Positions 12,641-24,587 of a stretch of DNA of 64,000 nt are shown here, in pieces (the first letter of the stretch is position 1; each line of letters opens with the position of its first letter). The DNA comes from Diplonema japonicum (taxonomy: Eukaryota; Protista; Euglenozoa: Diplonemea), in assembly GCA_964019335.1 (NCBI GenBank), contig OZ025748.1, forward strand, positions 277,249 to 341,248, written 5' to 3'. The notes below the pieces were generated by a model. That model saw only the letters and a list, made by a program, of their open reading frames with translations. It searched no databases and was not told where the DNA came from. The position numbers and the translations under genes were made by a program.

Positions 12641-13703
12641 ATGAGGACGATGTCTGTTGTGATGCTTGCCCTGCTTGCGGGGTCCGCGCAGGGTCTGTCT
12701 GTGGAGTACGTGAACGCGAACGCGAGGACGATGTTCAAGGCCTTCAAGACGGACTACAGCAAGGTGTACACCTCTGTTGTGGAGGAGGAGAGGAGGTTCG
12801 CGATCTTCTCGGAGAACCTGATGAAGGCGGCGAGGTACGAGATGGAGCAGACGCACGGGGCCACCTTCGGGGTGAACGCCTTCTCCGACCTCTCGGCCGA
12901 GGAGTTCAAGGGGCGCCACAACCTGAGGGTCCCGAAGAAGACTGGTCCTCCTGCTGCCCCTGTTTCTGTGACGGGTCCCACTGAGGTTGATTGGAGGACG
13001 AAGGGTGCTGTTACCCATGTGAAGAACCAGGCTCAGTGTGGAAGGTGTTTAAAAAAACGAATAAATAAATAAATAAATAAAAATAAACAAAAAAAAATAA
13101 TTCTTTTTTTTTCATTTTTTTTTTCACAGCTGCTGGGCCTTCTCTACAACTGGAGGGATCGAGGGTCAGTGGTTCCTTTCAGGTCAGACCCTGACCTCGC
13201 TGTCTGAACAGGAGCTTGTGTCGTGCGACAAGAACGACGACGGGTGCAACGGGGGTCTCATGGACAACGCCTTCAAGTGGCTTCTGTCTGCGCACAGCGG
13301 TCAGGTGGTGACGGAGGCCTCGTACCCTTACACCTCGGGTGGCGGGAACAGCGGGTCGTGCCAAGAGGTGTCTGGGAAGGCGGTGGGGGCCACCATAAAG
13401 GGCTACAAGGACATCGCGCACGACGAGACCTCGATGGCGACCTTCGTCGGTGTCAGCGGTCCCCTCTCCATCGCTGTGGACGCGCAGAAGTGGCAGACCT
13501 ACACCGGTGGGGTCCTCTCCAACTGCTGCGGGATCTTCGGGTGCCAGCTGGACCACGGCGTCCTCATCGTCGGCTACGCCCCCGAGTACTGGATCATCAA
13601 GAACTCCTGGGGTCCCAGCTGGGGCGAGAACGGCTACATCCGCGTCAAGAGGGGCGACAACGAGTGCGGCCTCAACGAGTCCCCTTGCTCCTCGGAGATC
13701 TGA
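12641..13703 (+). CDS. Papain-family (C1A) cathepsin L-like cysteine protease, copy 1; intron 13045-13129
   Basis: Signal peptide, I29 propeptide (ERRFAIF..N, GVNAFSDL) and VDWR. Splicing restores catalytic QCGSCWAFS. LDHGV and YWIIKNSWG are present. Confidence 0.95.
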
Positions 13704-14025
13704 GATGGGTGAACTTGAAAGAGTGGTTTTTTAAGAGAAAACAAAAATTGTTAAACTCTTAATTCAATCCGTGTACTCCTTTCCCCCCCTACCTACTATT
13801 TTTTCTTTTCCATTTTCTTTTTTTTTTTCTCTTTCTCTCTTTGATCTTTCCTGTTTGAAATGCTTCTAACAAGTAAAACGTGGTGGCTGCAGCACAGCTT
13901 CCGTCCGAATCTCATTAATTTAAAAACAAGAGTGCTTCCTTTGTTACATGTTTGTGTCCCTTTTTTTCCTCTTTATTTATTCGTTTTCCTTGTGTTCCCC
14001 GCTGTATCTACCACACACAGGACCA

Positions 14026-14089
14026 GGCTGGGCTTGAGCTGCACACCGCACGCATCAAGGTCACGACGCAGAACGCAGAAGAAGCTACA
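14026..14089 (+). repeat. Dispersed intergenic repeat fragment (also 19828-19891 and 45207-45270)
   Basis: 59/64 identity to 45207-45270 by manual alignment. Confidence 0.8.
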
Positions 14090-14597
14090 GCGTCAACAGA
14101 CCCGCAAACCCGATGTGCACATCCAACAGAAATGGTCCAGCAAGATGCTGGGAAGAAGTCTTTTTTAAAAGTTGTTTTACCACCACCCCCCCCGCAGGAG
14201 CCACTAAGGACCTGGCTCTTCCATAGCCTTGTCCACAGAGCAAATGCGGAGACCGTGGTCGGGAGAAGTACGGACACTAGTAGGAGCCATTGAAGGGTGC
14301 CTCTCGCCTGAAGAGGTCAGCACCTGGAGGAGTCGCTCTGAAAAGGAAACGCGTTTCCTTAAGTATCTGAAAAATAAGGAATCGGAAACGTTTCCCCGTT
14401 TCTTGCCAGCATAGCCTGGGGGGGGGGGGGGGGGGTGATTCGGTTCACAACCAAAAAAAAGGAAAACATAAAGCTGTCGTTGCTACCAAGCGGGTGCTGC
14501 ATGGCAGGTCTGGGAATCCTTTCTAAGGTTCCTGTATGACACAGCAATGCAACGAGGTAACCCTACTTTGGTTTAAATGTCTTAACCGGGCTGCGAG

Positions 14598-14676
<79 letters not shown>

Positions 14677-14764
14677 CAAAAACCACGTAACAAAAATAAC
14701 AAAATCAAAAAATCAATTTAAACTCCAACCCATCCACACGAAAACCCAGACACACCCATCCCAA

Positions 14765-14783
14765 ATGAGTAGTATGTAGAACT
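14765..14783 (+). pseudogene. 5' stub of aldose 1-epimerase at the duplication breakpoint
   Basis: atgagtagt(at)gtagaact matches the start of the gene at 20529 with a 2-nt insertion, after which homology ends. Confidence 0.75.
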
Positions 14784-15081
14784 TTACTATTTTTCTTTTC
14801 CACCTGTAATCAAGTAAATGGTGCTTGTGCAGGGTGCCCCCACCGGCTTCCTTTAAATCATCGAATTTCCATTTTCTTCTCCTTTCTCTCTTTGATTCCT
14901 GTTTGAAATACTTCTAACAAGTAAAACGTGGCGGCTGTGGCACAGCTTCCGTCCGATTTCATTAATTAAAAAAACAAGATTGCTTCCTTTTGTTACATGT
15001 TTGTGTCCCTTTTTTTTCCTCTTTGTGTTTCCCGCCGTATTTACCACACTCAGGATCCTTGGGGGGAATCTTCAAAAGAAA

Positions 15082-18000
15082 ATGAATCGAGTAGCTGTGT
15101 CCATGGTGGCCATTATGGCAACCTTGCCGCCCACCCAAGCGGCCAGTCCGGGGAACTGTCCCAACGTGCAGTTTAGTTCAAGTGGAGCAGACACCTTGAC
15201 ATGTGATTATTTGAACAAATGCCCGAACTGCAACATGAACTGCAATGCGAACCAGAAATGCACCACAAAGTGTACCGCTGACAGGGCATGCGAGAGAGCG
15301 ACTCTGAACTGCCCTGACGGGAAGGATTGTGTTGTGAAGTGCGAATGGGACAACGCATGCACCGATATGACAGTGAACTGCCCGACAACGGGAAAATGTT
15401 TGATCACCTGCGCCAACCAATGGGCATGCAAGGGTATGAAAATCCGGCAACGCGGCGGCGGGGGCCAGCTGGACCTGAAGTGCAACGGACACAACTCTTG
15501 CACCAACGCCAACGTTGTGTGCCCGACAAGCGGGGCGAAGTGCACAATAGGTTGCCCCGAGCAGAACTCGTGCAGCACCATGACTGTGACAGCAGCGGGG
15601 ACGTCCCCCCTCGACATGGATTGCAAAAGCACCCGTGCGTGCTTCAAGAGCACCATCACCTGCCCCGCCTCGGCCGACTGCAACGTACAGTGTGAAAGTC
15701 CTGAGAACTCCTGCCTCCAAATGAAGGTCAAGCCAGAGAAGAAGCAGCCTTCAAACACCCCGCAGACAGGCACCGTCACCGTTACCTGCAAGAACAACAA
15801 CGACTGCCGCTTCGCGAAGCTCGACTGCGGCTACGCGGCCAGCTGCAAGATGACGTGCACCGGGAACTACGCCTGCGAGGAGGTCGAGATGAAGTGCACC
15901 AACTCCGGGACATGCATCCAGAGATGCTCGTATCACAAGTCTTGCAGCAGAGTAAAGGTGTTGCATTCCTATGGCGCTGCCACCGGTGGTGAGACACGCC
16001 TTCTATGCGAGACTGAATCGGCATGCGAAACATCTCAACTGACCTGCAAGGCCAACAGGGAATGCAACAGAAAGTGCCGTGGCCACCGTGGATGCTTCGA
16101 TTCTACTTTCGACTGTTCCCAGTCTGGGGTCGAACGGTGCTCGCAGGACTGCCGCGGGGGCGAATGGGTCTGCCAGACGACCATGAAGTGCCCCTCCGAA
16201 CCTTACAAATGCGAGTCGACCTGTGTCGGCGACAACGCCTGCAAGGGGTCCCTCACAGGGCACGCCTACCCGACGTACTGCCAGCAAACAGGGTCCAAAC
16301 CTCCTTGTGACAACGGCTACCAGAATGCAGCTGATAAGACCACGGAGGCACCCACCCCGTCACCGGGCACTGATGCCCCGCCCACAGCGGTGCCTACCAC
16401 ACCACAACCTGCTACATCTTCCCCTGTCACCTCCTCTGTTCCCACGCCAGCGCCAGCAATTTCCGTTCCTGCAACAGGTGTGCCTATAACAAATGCTCCC
16501 CTGACCGGAGTTCCAGCCACCAGCGTGCCAGAAACAGCTTTTCCTGCCTCACAACCACCTGTCACCTTTGGCAAACCCTACTTTTGTTCCTGTGACACTA
16601 TCACCAACAGATGCACCGGCCACGAACCCTCCGATGACCTTCCAGCCTGCTGTGGGTGGCACAGCGACACCGAAGACGTTTGCTCCTGTCACAGGTGCAG
16701 CGGACACAAGTGCACCTGACACAGATGCTGCAGTTACGCCCGCTCCGCCTTCTGGAAAGGCGCTGACGGGGAGTGCGAAGGACAAGGTGAACGGGGCGAC
16801 GTCTGTGTCTTCAGGAACTGCGTTGCTGTCCGGGGCAGGTGCCGGTGCGATAGCGAGAGTTGCTGTCTTGAAGGACCTGGGCTGCGAGGTGGAGGACGTG
16901 GACATCGACGAGGACGAGACTCTGGACTGGGAGTTCCACCCTACAGGGCTGGGCGTCGGGAACTCGCCACGGAAGTACCTGTTCGGTGCGGTTGTGATGA
17001 ACCCTGTGCTCATCCTGGGGATCCTCACCTTGCTGGCGGGCCTCGCCGCTTGCCTAAAATTCTGCAAGGGGTTGCCGACCTGGGGGGCGGCGCTTGGCGC
17101 TGTGAAGGCTCCCGGTTTGATCTTCATCCCGTTCCTGTTCCTGGTGCAGGGGACGTCTTTGATCTCGGCACGTGTGGCGTTCTTCCCCGGGAACGGGTTG
17201 GGAACCTTCGAGGTCGGGCTGGCGTGGGTCGTGCTTATCATATGCATCACGTCTCCGGGGGTGCTGTACGCAGGGGTGCTGCGGAGGGTGCACACGGAGG
17301 CCTGCATGATCCCCGACGCAAGGCTGCACCCCGACGACCCACTGGTGAAGAGGCTGTGTGCGACAAGCGGTGCACCGAAGGTAAATGCCTACACAGGTGT
17401 CACGGCGGTGTTGTACAAGCTGGCCTTCGGGGACAGGATCTGGGTGTCGAGCGACGCGGGGAGCTTCTTCGCAGACATGTATGGAGGCGCCTTCGACTCG
17501 TTCAAGCCCGGGGCGGTGGTGTGGTTCCCCTGTCTGGAGATCATGGTGATGGTCATCCTGTCGATGCTGGCGGCATGGAGGCCGACGAAGGGGATGGCGT
17601 GCGATACGAGGAATATCTTCATCTGCTGCTTGTTCGCAGGGTTCTTCTTCACCATCGTTATAAAACGCCCGTACCTGTCGGTGTTCGACAACTTTGTGGC
17701 GGTCCTGCTGTCCTTCTGCATGTTCCTGTCGGTTCTGCTGATGACGACGGGGCTGTGGATGCAGCTGCATTCGGAGTCCTTCCCGTTCCTGTCCTCTGCT
17801 TACATCCTGCTCTCCACCGCTTACATTGTCCTCTTCAAGGCGGTCTGGGATATGGTCGTCTACTTCATTGACATCTACATAGGCCGCCGCCAGTCGGCAA
17901 GAACTCTTGCAAGGGAATCTGCTAACTCATCGAACCACAGCATACCGGAGATGAGCATGGAGATTATGATTTACGTGACACTCCCTAACAGGGTGCCTGA

Positions 18001-18106
18001 TCAGATTGAGATATTGGACCCTATATCCGATACGGTGAGCCTTCATACCAGCAGTTCGTATACCTCCATTGGTTTCAACGAGAAGAATGGTCAGTTCAGG
18101 ATTTGA
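15082..18106 (+). CDS. Cys-rich repeat ectodomain + Pro/Thr mucin stalk + multipass TM membrane protein; +1 frameshift near 16567
   Basis: Signal peptide MNRVAVSMVAIMATLPPTQA and ~25-aa Cys repeats. The PT-rich linker continues from the 14980 frame into the 16568 frame, followed by about 7 hydrophobic helices. Confidence 0.75.
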
Positions 18107-18388
18107 AGAGGGGGTAACAACAGTTTTTTTTTCTTCCTTCCCCCTTCAGTGGGGGGAGTTGCATATGAAAACACGAAAAGAAAAAGCAGAATACAAAAAA
18201 AAAAGAGGGGGGAAAGAAGAGTAAGGAGGAAAAGAAATTGGAAAGCCATCTCTTTTTTTTTGAAAACTTCCCTAAATTTCTTGCTTTGTCCCCCCCCCCC
18301 CCCTTTATTTCATCCCCAGAATATTCGCTCGCCCTTCTCCCCCTTCTTTTTTTCTCAGGCGTCCTGCCACGTAGGTACCCTTAAAAAC

Positions 18389-20545
18389 TTTTTTGTTTTA
18401 CTGCTGCCACACCCTTTATTGAAGGATTTCCTTAGTAGTCAAATGAGGACGATGTCTGTTGTGATGCTTGCCCTGCTTGCGGGGTCCGCGCAGGGTCTGT
18501 CTGTGGAGTACGTGAACGCGAACGCGAGGACGATGTTCAAGGCCTTCAAGACGGACTACAGCAAGGTGTACACCTCTGTTGTGGAGGAGGAGAGGAGGTT
18601 CGCGATCTTCTCGGAGAACCTGATGAAGGCGGCGAGGTACGAGATGGAGCAGACGCACGGGGCCACCTTCGGGGTGAACGCCTTCTCCGACCTCTCGGCC
18701 GAGGAGTTCAAGGGGCGCCACAACCTGAGGGTCCCGAAGAAGACTGGTCCTCCTGCTGCCCCTGTTTCTGTGACGGGTCCCACTGAGGTTGATTGGAGGA
18801 CGAAGGGTGCTGTTACCCATGTGAAGAACCAGGCTCAGTGTGGAAGGTGTTTAAAAAAACGAATAAATAAATAAATAAATAAAAATAAACAAAAAAAAAT
18901 AATTCTTTTTTTTTCATTTTTTTTTTCACAGCTGCTGGGCCTTCTCTACAACTGGAGGGATCGAGGGTCAGTGGTTCCTTTCAGGTCAGACCCTGACCTC
19001 GCTGTCTGAACAGGAGCTTGTGTCGTGCGACAAGAACGACGACGGGTGCAACGGGGGTCTCATGGACAACGCCTTCAAGTGGCTTCTGTCTGCGCACAGC
19101 GGTCAGGTGGTGACGGAGGCCTCGTACCCTTACACCTCGGGTGGCGGGAACAGCGGGTCGTGCCAAGAGGTGTCTGGGAAGGCGGTGGGGGCCACCATAA
19201 AGGGCTACAAGGACATCGCGCACGACGAGACCTCGATGGCGACCTTCGTCGGTGTCAGCGGTCCCCTCTCCATCGCTGTGGACGCGCAGAAGTGGCAGAC
19301 CTACACCGGTGGGGTCCTCTCCAACTGCTGCGGGATCTTCGGGTGCCAGCTGGACCACGGCGTCCTCATCGTCGGCTACGCCCCCGAGTACTGGATCATC
19401 AAGAACTCCTGGGGTCCCAGCTGGGGCGAGAACGGCTACATCCGCGTCAAGAGGGGCGACAACGAGTGCGGCCTCAACGAGTCCCCTTGCTCCTCGGAGA
19501 TCTGAGATGGGTGAACTTGAAAGAGTGGTTTTTTAAGAGAAAACAAAAATTGTTAAACTCTTAATTCAATCCGTGTACTCCTTTCCCCCCCTACCTACTA
19601 TTTTTTCTTTTCCATTTTCTTTTTTTTTTTCTCTTTCTCTCTTTGATCTTTCCTGTTTGAAATGCTTCTAACAAGTAAAACGTGGTGGCTGCAGCACAGC
19701 TTCCGTCCGAATCTCATTAATTTAAAAACAAGAGTGCTTCCTTTGTTACATGTTTGTGTCCCTTTTTTTCCTCTTTATTTATTCGTTTTCCTTGTGTTCC
19801 CCGCTGTATCTACCACACACAGGACCAGGCTGGGCTTGAGCTGCACACCGCACGCATCAAGGTCACGACGCAGAACGCAGAAGAAGCTACAGCGTCAACA
19901 GACCCGCAAACCCGATGTGCACATCCAACAGAAATGGTCCAGCAAGATGCTGGGAAGAAGTCTTTTTTAAAAGTTGTTTTACCACCACCCCCCCCGCAGG
20001 AGCCACTAAGGACCTGGCTCTTCCATAGCCTTGTCCACAGAGCAAATGCGGAGACCGTGGTCGGGAGAAGTACGGACACTAGTAGGAGCCATTGAAGGGT
20101 GCCTCTCGCCTGAAGAGGTCAGCACCTGGAGGAGTCGCTCTGAAAAGGAAACGCGTTTCCTTAAGTATCTGAAAAATAAGGAATCGGAAACGTTTCCCCG
20201 TTTCTTGCCAGCATAGCCTGGGGGGGGGGGGGGGGGTGATTCGGTTCACAACCAAAAAAAAGGAAAACATAAAGCTGTCGTTGCTACCAAGCGGGTGCTG
20301 CATGGCAGGTCTGGGAATCCTTTCTAAGGTTCCTGTATGACACAGCAATGCAACGAGGTAACCCTACTTTGGTTTAAAATGTCTTGACCGGGCTGCGAGA
20401 ATTTTAAAAAAAAAAAAAAAAAAAAAAAGCAAAAAAAAAAAACCACGTAACAAAAAAATAACAAAATTCAAAAAAAAATCAACCCATCCAACAACACGAA
20501 AACCCAGATACACACCCCCCCATCCCAAATGAGTAGTGTAGAACT
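18389..20545 (+). repeat. ~2.2-kb segmental duplication, copy B
   Basis: Near-identical to 12587-14783 and runs into the intact aldose epimerase. Confidence 0.95.
18443..19505 (+). CDS. Papain-family (C1A) cathepsin L-like cysteine protease, copy 2; intron 18847-18931
   Basis: Translation is identical to copy 1. Confidence 0.95.
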
Positions 20546-21753
20546 GAAGGAAGTGGTGCTGCAGCTGAACGGAAACGAAGAGAACGCCAGCGAAATAATC
20601 CTAGAAAACGAAAATGGAATGCGTGCCGTTATACTCTCATACGGTGCGGCACTATGCGAGGTTCAGGTGGAGAACGTCGCGGGGAAGAAGCTGGATGTCA
20701 CGCTCGGCTTCGACAAGCCTGAAGACTACACCAGACAGGACAACCCCTTCTTCGGCTCCACCGTAGGCAGGGTCGCGGGCAGAATCCAAAACGGAAGATT
20801 CCGCATCCCGGGCCGATCAGAAGAGGTCATTCTATCCCCCTGCGACGCTCCATTCATCAACAAGACAGCAAACCTCCACGGAGGGCCCGACGGCTTCAAC
20901 AAACGAAACTGGACAGTCTCAGGACACTCAGCAGACAATGGGTCCGCAGCTGTCGCACTGGCACTAACAAGCCCGAACCTTGACCAAGGCTTCCCTGGCC
21001 AGCTGACCGCTACTGTAACATACACTCTAACACCTGAAAACGATTTGGAAATTTGCTTCGATGCGAATTCCACAGAAGACACCGTTTGCAGCATGACAAA
21101 CCACGCTTATTGGAACCTTGCAGGGCACGATAAACCAGAAAGCATGAAGGACCATGAAGTTAAAATTTTCAGCACGAAATATCTGCCCACCAAAGCGGGC
21201 ATCTACACAGGTGAAGTCCGTGATGTACTGAAGGGCTCCGTGCACGATCTGACAGAGGGGAAACGCTTTGAAGAAGCGGCGCAAGGAATGTTGAAGGAAG
21301 ACCCCGAGTTCCCCCACGGTGATGCGTACATAGCACAACACACTGATAAGGTTTGCCGCCCCGTTGCTTCCCTCTTCAGCCCTTCTTCTGGTATTCAAAT
21401 GACCGTCAGCACCACGGAGCCTGTTATACAAACGTACTATGCTTCTATCCTTGATGTTAAGGATGGGAAGGGCAAGATGGACTACCCGCCTTACTCGGCT
21501 ATGTGTATCGAGCCGCAGGGCTATGCGGACTCCGTGAGCGACCCACTTCCATCCGACCCTGTGCGTGCGGCCTTTTGCGAAAAGTTCGGACATACTTTGC
21601 TGTTGAAGAAAGGGGAGGCGTACAAGCACAAAACGGTCTGGCCTTTTCTTTTTATTTTTTTAATTTTTTTATTTTTTTTTATGGAGAGGGAGGGAAAAAA
21701 AAACTTTTTGTCAGGTATACTCGTTTGCTATAGTCGAACCAAGCAGTCCCTGA
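20529..21753 (+). CDS. GALM: Aldose 1-epimerase (galactose mutarotase); intron 21636-21714
   Basis: FFGSTVGRVAGRI, LHGGPDGF, DQGFPG, MTNHAYWNL and CIEPQ. Splicing gives the expected C-terminal YKHKTVYSF. Confidence 0.92.
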
Positions 21754-21977
21754 CTGAAATAAAAAATAAAAAAGAGGGGGGGGGGGAATAGTGTGGGAGG
21801 GAAGACAAAAAAGAAGAGAAAAAGAATACGGTGGGGGGGGGGGGGGGGGGGGTACTCTCTAACACGTAAGAACAAAAAGGGACGTTATTATTTTCTTTTT
21901 TGCTTTTGTTTTGCTCGCCACGGTTGTTACATTTTTCCCTCCTCCCCTTCCACATTCAAGAAGAAAAAAAAAAAGAA

Positions 21978-22009
<32 letters not shown>

Positions 22010-22080
22010 AAAAAAAACAGGTATCTAAACCCTTCCCCTTCTCCTGTCTCCCTTTCTTTCAACAAAAAACAAAAACAAAA

Positions 22081-22662
22081 ATGGGAGCCGACATGTCAAC
22101 GATGATCATCACGTGCAACAAGAAGGCATACCTCGATGCACCTGCTTCGTGGGCCTACGCGCAGATGAGCGACGCGCGGGTGTGGTTCGCTGCCTACTCG
22201 GAGCACGACGACAGCCCTGTGGTGAACCTGCACGGCCCGACCATCAAAGCAGGGTGTGAGTTCGATGCGGTGAAGAAGGTGAAGGTTCAGCAGCAGAAGA
22301 CGAGCGGGAACTACAGAACAACGTGGATGGAGATGAGGGATGTTTCGGTGGAGCTGAAGCTGGAAGAGGCAACACCGGACTCCTACGTGAAGTTCTGGGG
22401 GAAGGAAACCTGGGTCGACTCGAACAGCAAGGTGGGCGACCCTTATGTTCTTGAGTTCAGGATCAACCCCTTGTCCCCAAGCACGTGCGAAGTCGAGGCC
22501 ACTATGACATTTTCCAACTCCAGTGCCTGCCTCATCCCGTGCGTCCTGCTCTGCGGGAGTTGCATCAAAAACGCCGCTCAGGGGAAGATGGGCGGGGCTC
22601 AGATCAAATTGAAGAAGATCCTTGACGGTAAGATGAAAAAGGGAGGTCAGGGCATGCGCTAG
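22081..22662 (+). CDS. Putative SRPBCC/START-like fold protein, copy 2
   Basis: Differs from the 10813 copy at 3 residues. Diverged pieces of the 3' flank are also shared (11640/22955, 11720/23122). Confidence 0.55.
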   Translation: MGADMSTMIITCNKKAYLDAPASWAYAQMSDARVWFAAYSEHDDSPVVNLHGPTIKAGCEFDAVKKVKVQQQKTSGNYRTTWMEMRDVSVELKLEEATPDSYVKFWGKETWVDSNSKVGDPYVLEFRINPLSPSTCEVEATMTFSNSSACLIPCVLLCGSCIKNAAQGKMGGAQIKLKKILDGKMKKGGQGMR

Positions 22663-24256
22663 AAAAAAAAAAAAGGAAAAAAAAAAAAAAAAAAAAAAAG
22701 CAAAAAAAAAAAATCGTGGTGAGATAATAAGGGGCGTCTTATAAAGACCTGCTTTTAACTCATAAATATTTTTTTTTTTTTGTGGTTTTTTTTTTTTCTT
22801 TTTTTTTTTTTCTTTTTTTTGTGGTTTTTTTTTTTTTTTTTTTGCCAACGTTTTTATTAAATAATTCACTTCACTGGAAAAAAAAAAGAAGAAAAAAAAA
22901 GAAGAAGAGGAGAAAAAAAAAAAGTCTTTTTTTTTTCCTCCCACGAGCTAATGGAGAAAACCATTGGTTCACACCTATCGCCCACTTGAAAGGCTCACTG
23001 GCGGCAGGCCGACACTCGTTGACGCCATGGGGTCTTCTTCTGTGTGGGCATCAACCGAACAGATCAGAATTCACCCTTCCCCTCCAAAGAAAAGAAAAAG
23101 AAGAGAATAACAGAAATTCTAGCCCAGTTTGTTGTGTGAGTGAGGCCTACCCCCACAATATTCTCACAACGAAAAAAGAAAAAAGAAAAATATCAGATTA
23201 TTCGAAAGTTATATTTGAAAAAAAAAAAAAAAAAAAAAAGCCTTTATTTCCCTGTAATCCACTTACCGGTGATAAAAAAAGAAAACTTGAAATGAGGGAG
23301 AAATCACTGCAAAATGCAAAAAAACTTTTTTTTCCTTACTTTAAAAAATCCATGAATGTACCCCCCCCCCCCCCCCCCCCCCGGAAGGTGAATAAGGAGA
23401 GAAAGCACAGTAAAGGGTGTTCCTTCTTTCTCACTTTTTTTTTCCCTTTCCTTTCCCAGTGGGGTATATGGTACACACACTTTTTTGTTTTTGTCTTCCC
23501 CCCCACTTTACCTAACATTCTTACCTACTCATGTAGAGGGATGTAGCTTGACTTTCTTTTCTTTTTTCTCCCCCCCCTCCCCCTCCCTCCCATCCGCTTT
23601 TATTTCCTTTTGTTTTTTGGTGAAGTTAAACACACGAAGCAGAGAAGGAGACAAGCATCATGCTGTGTAGAAATGGGTTAGGCAAGTGTCCTCTCCCCAT
23701 ACCTACCTACATGGCGCATGCAGTGTGCTAAAAATCACCCTCCCCAAGAGGAAAACGTTACTGTTTTTTTTTTTCTTTTTTTTTCTTTTTTTTTTTTATC
23801 TTTCTAATCCAAATGCAACAACACGGGCGAAAAAAGAGAGGAAAAAAAAAAAAAAAAAGGAAAAGAAAAAAAGGTGAGGGAGAAATGACAACCTGAAGCT
23901 TAAATACTTCATATGGAACCTATGGTGTTCTTGTTTTTTTTTTTGTTTTTTTTTCCCTCCTTCATTCTGCCACTGGACACAGCGTTACATGCTGAGATCC
24001 AGTGCCTTACCCCTACTATGGGAGGGGTGTTGAATAATGGAGTAGTGTCTGAAATGTATGCGTGACCACCGTTTTTTTTTTCTGTTTTTTTTCTTCTGTT
24101 TTTTTTTTTTTCCTTCACACATTTAAATTTTATGAACATTTATTTCCCTTGAAAGAGAAAAAAAAACAGCATGTTTTCGTGATGTCATATAATTCGCTTT
24201 TATTTCTTTTTTTTTTTTTTTTTGTTTTTTGTGAAGAAACACAACATTTCCCCTCC

Positions 24257-24289
<33 letters not shown>

Positions 24290-24587
24290 TTTCTCTCCTT
24301 TTTTTTTTCTTAGCCCTTTTTATTTACTTTTTTCTTATTCTTCCGCCAACCCAACCAACCCACAGAAAGCTAAAGCCTACAGCGACATGTGTGCCTCGTG
24401 CGTGATACCTGCTTGTCCCCGAAATCCCCCTTGGTACCAACAAGAACACGGGCTGGAGAAGAAGTACTTCACCAAACCAAGAAGTTAGTCGCCCTGTCTG
24501 TCTCCACAAAGTTCCGGTCTCCTTAACCCCTATGTGTAAAGATCACTTTAAGACAGGGCAACATAACAAAAGAAAAAATAAAAAAAA

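Larger units (their letters stand above)
12587..14783 (+). repeat. ~2.2-kb segmental duplication, copy A (cathepsin + spacer + start of the aldose epimerase gene)
   Basis: Near-identical to 18389-20545 (offset 5802), including the intron and intergenic DNA. Confidence 0.95.
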
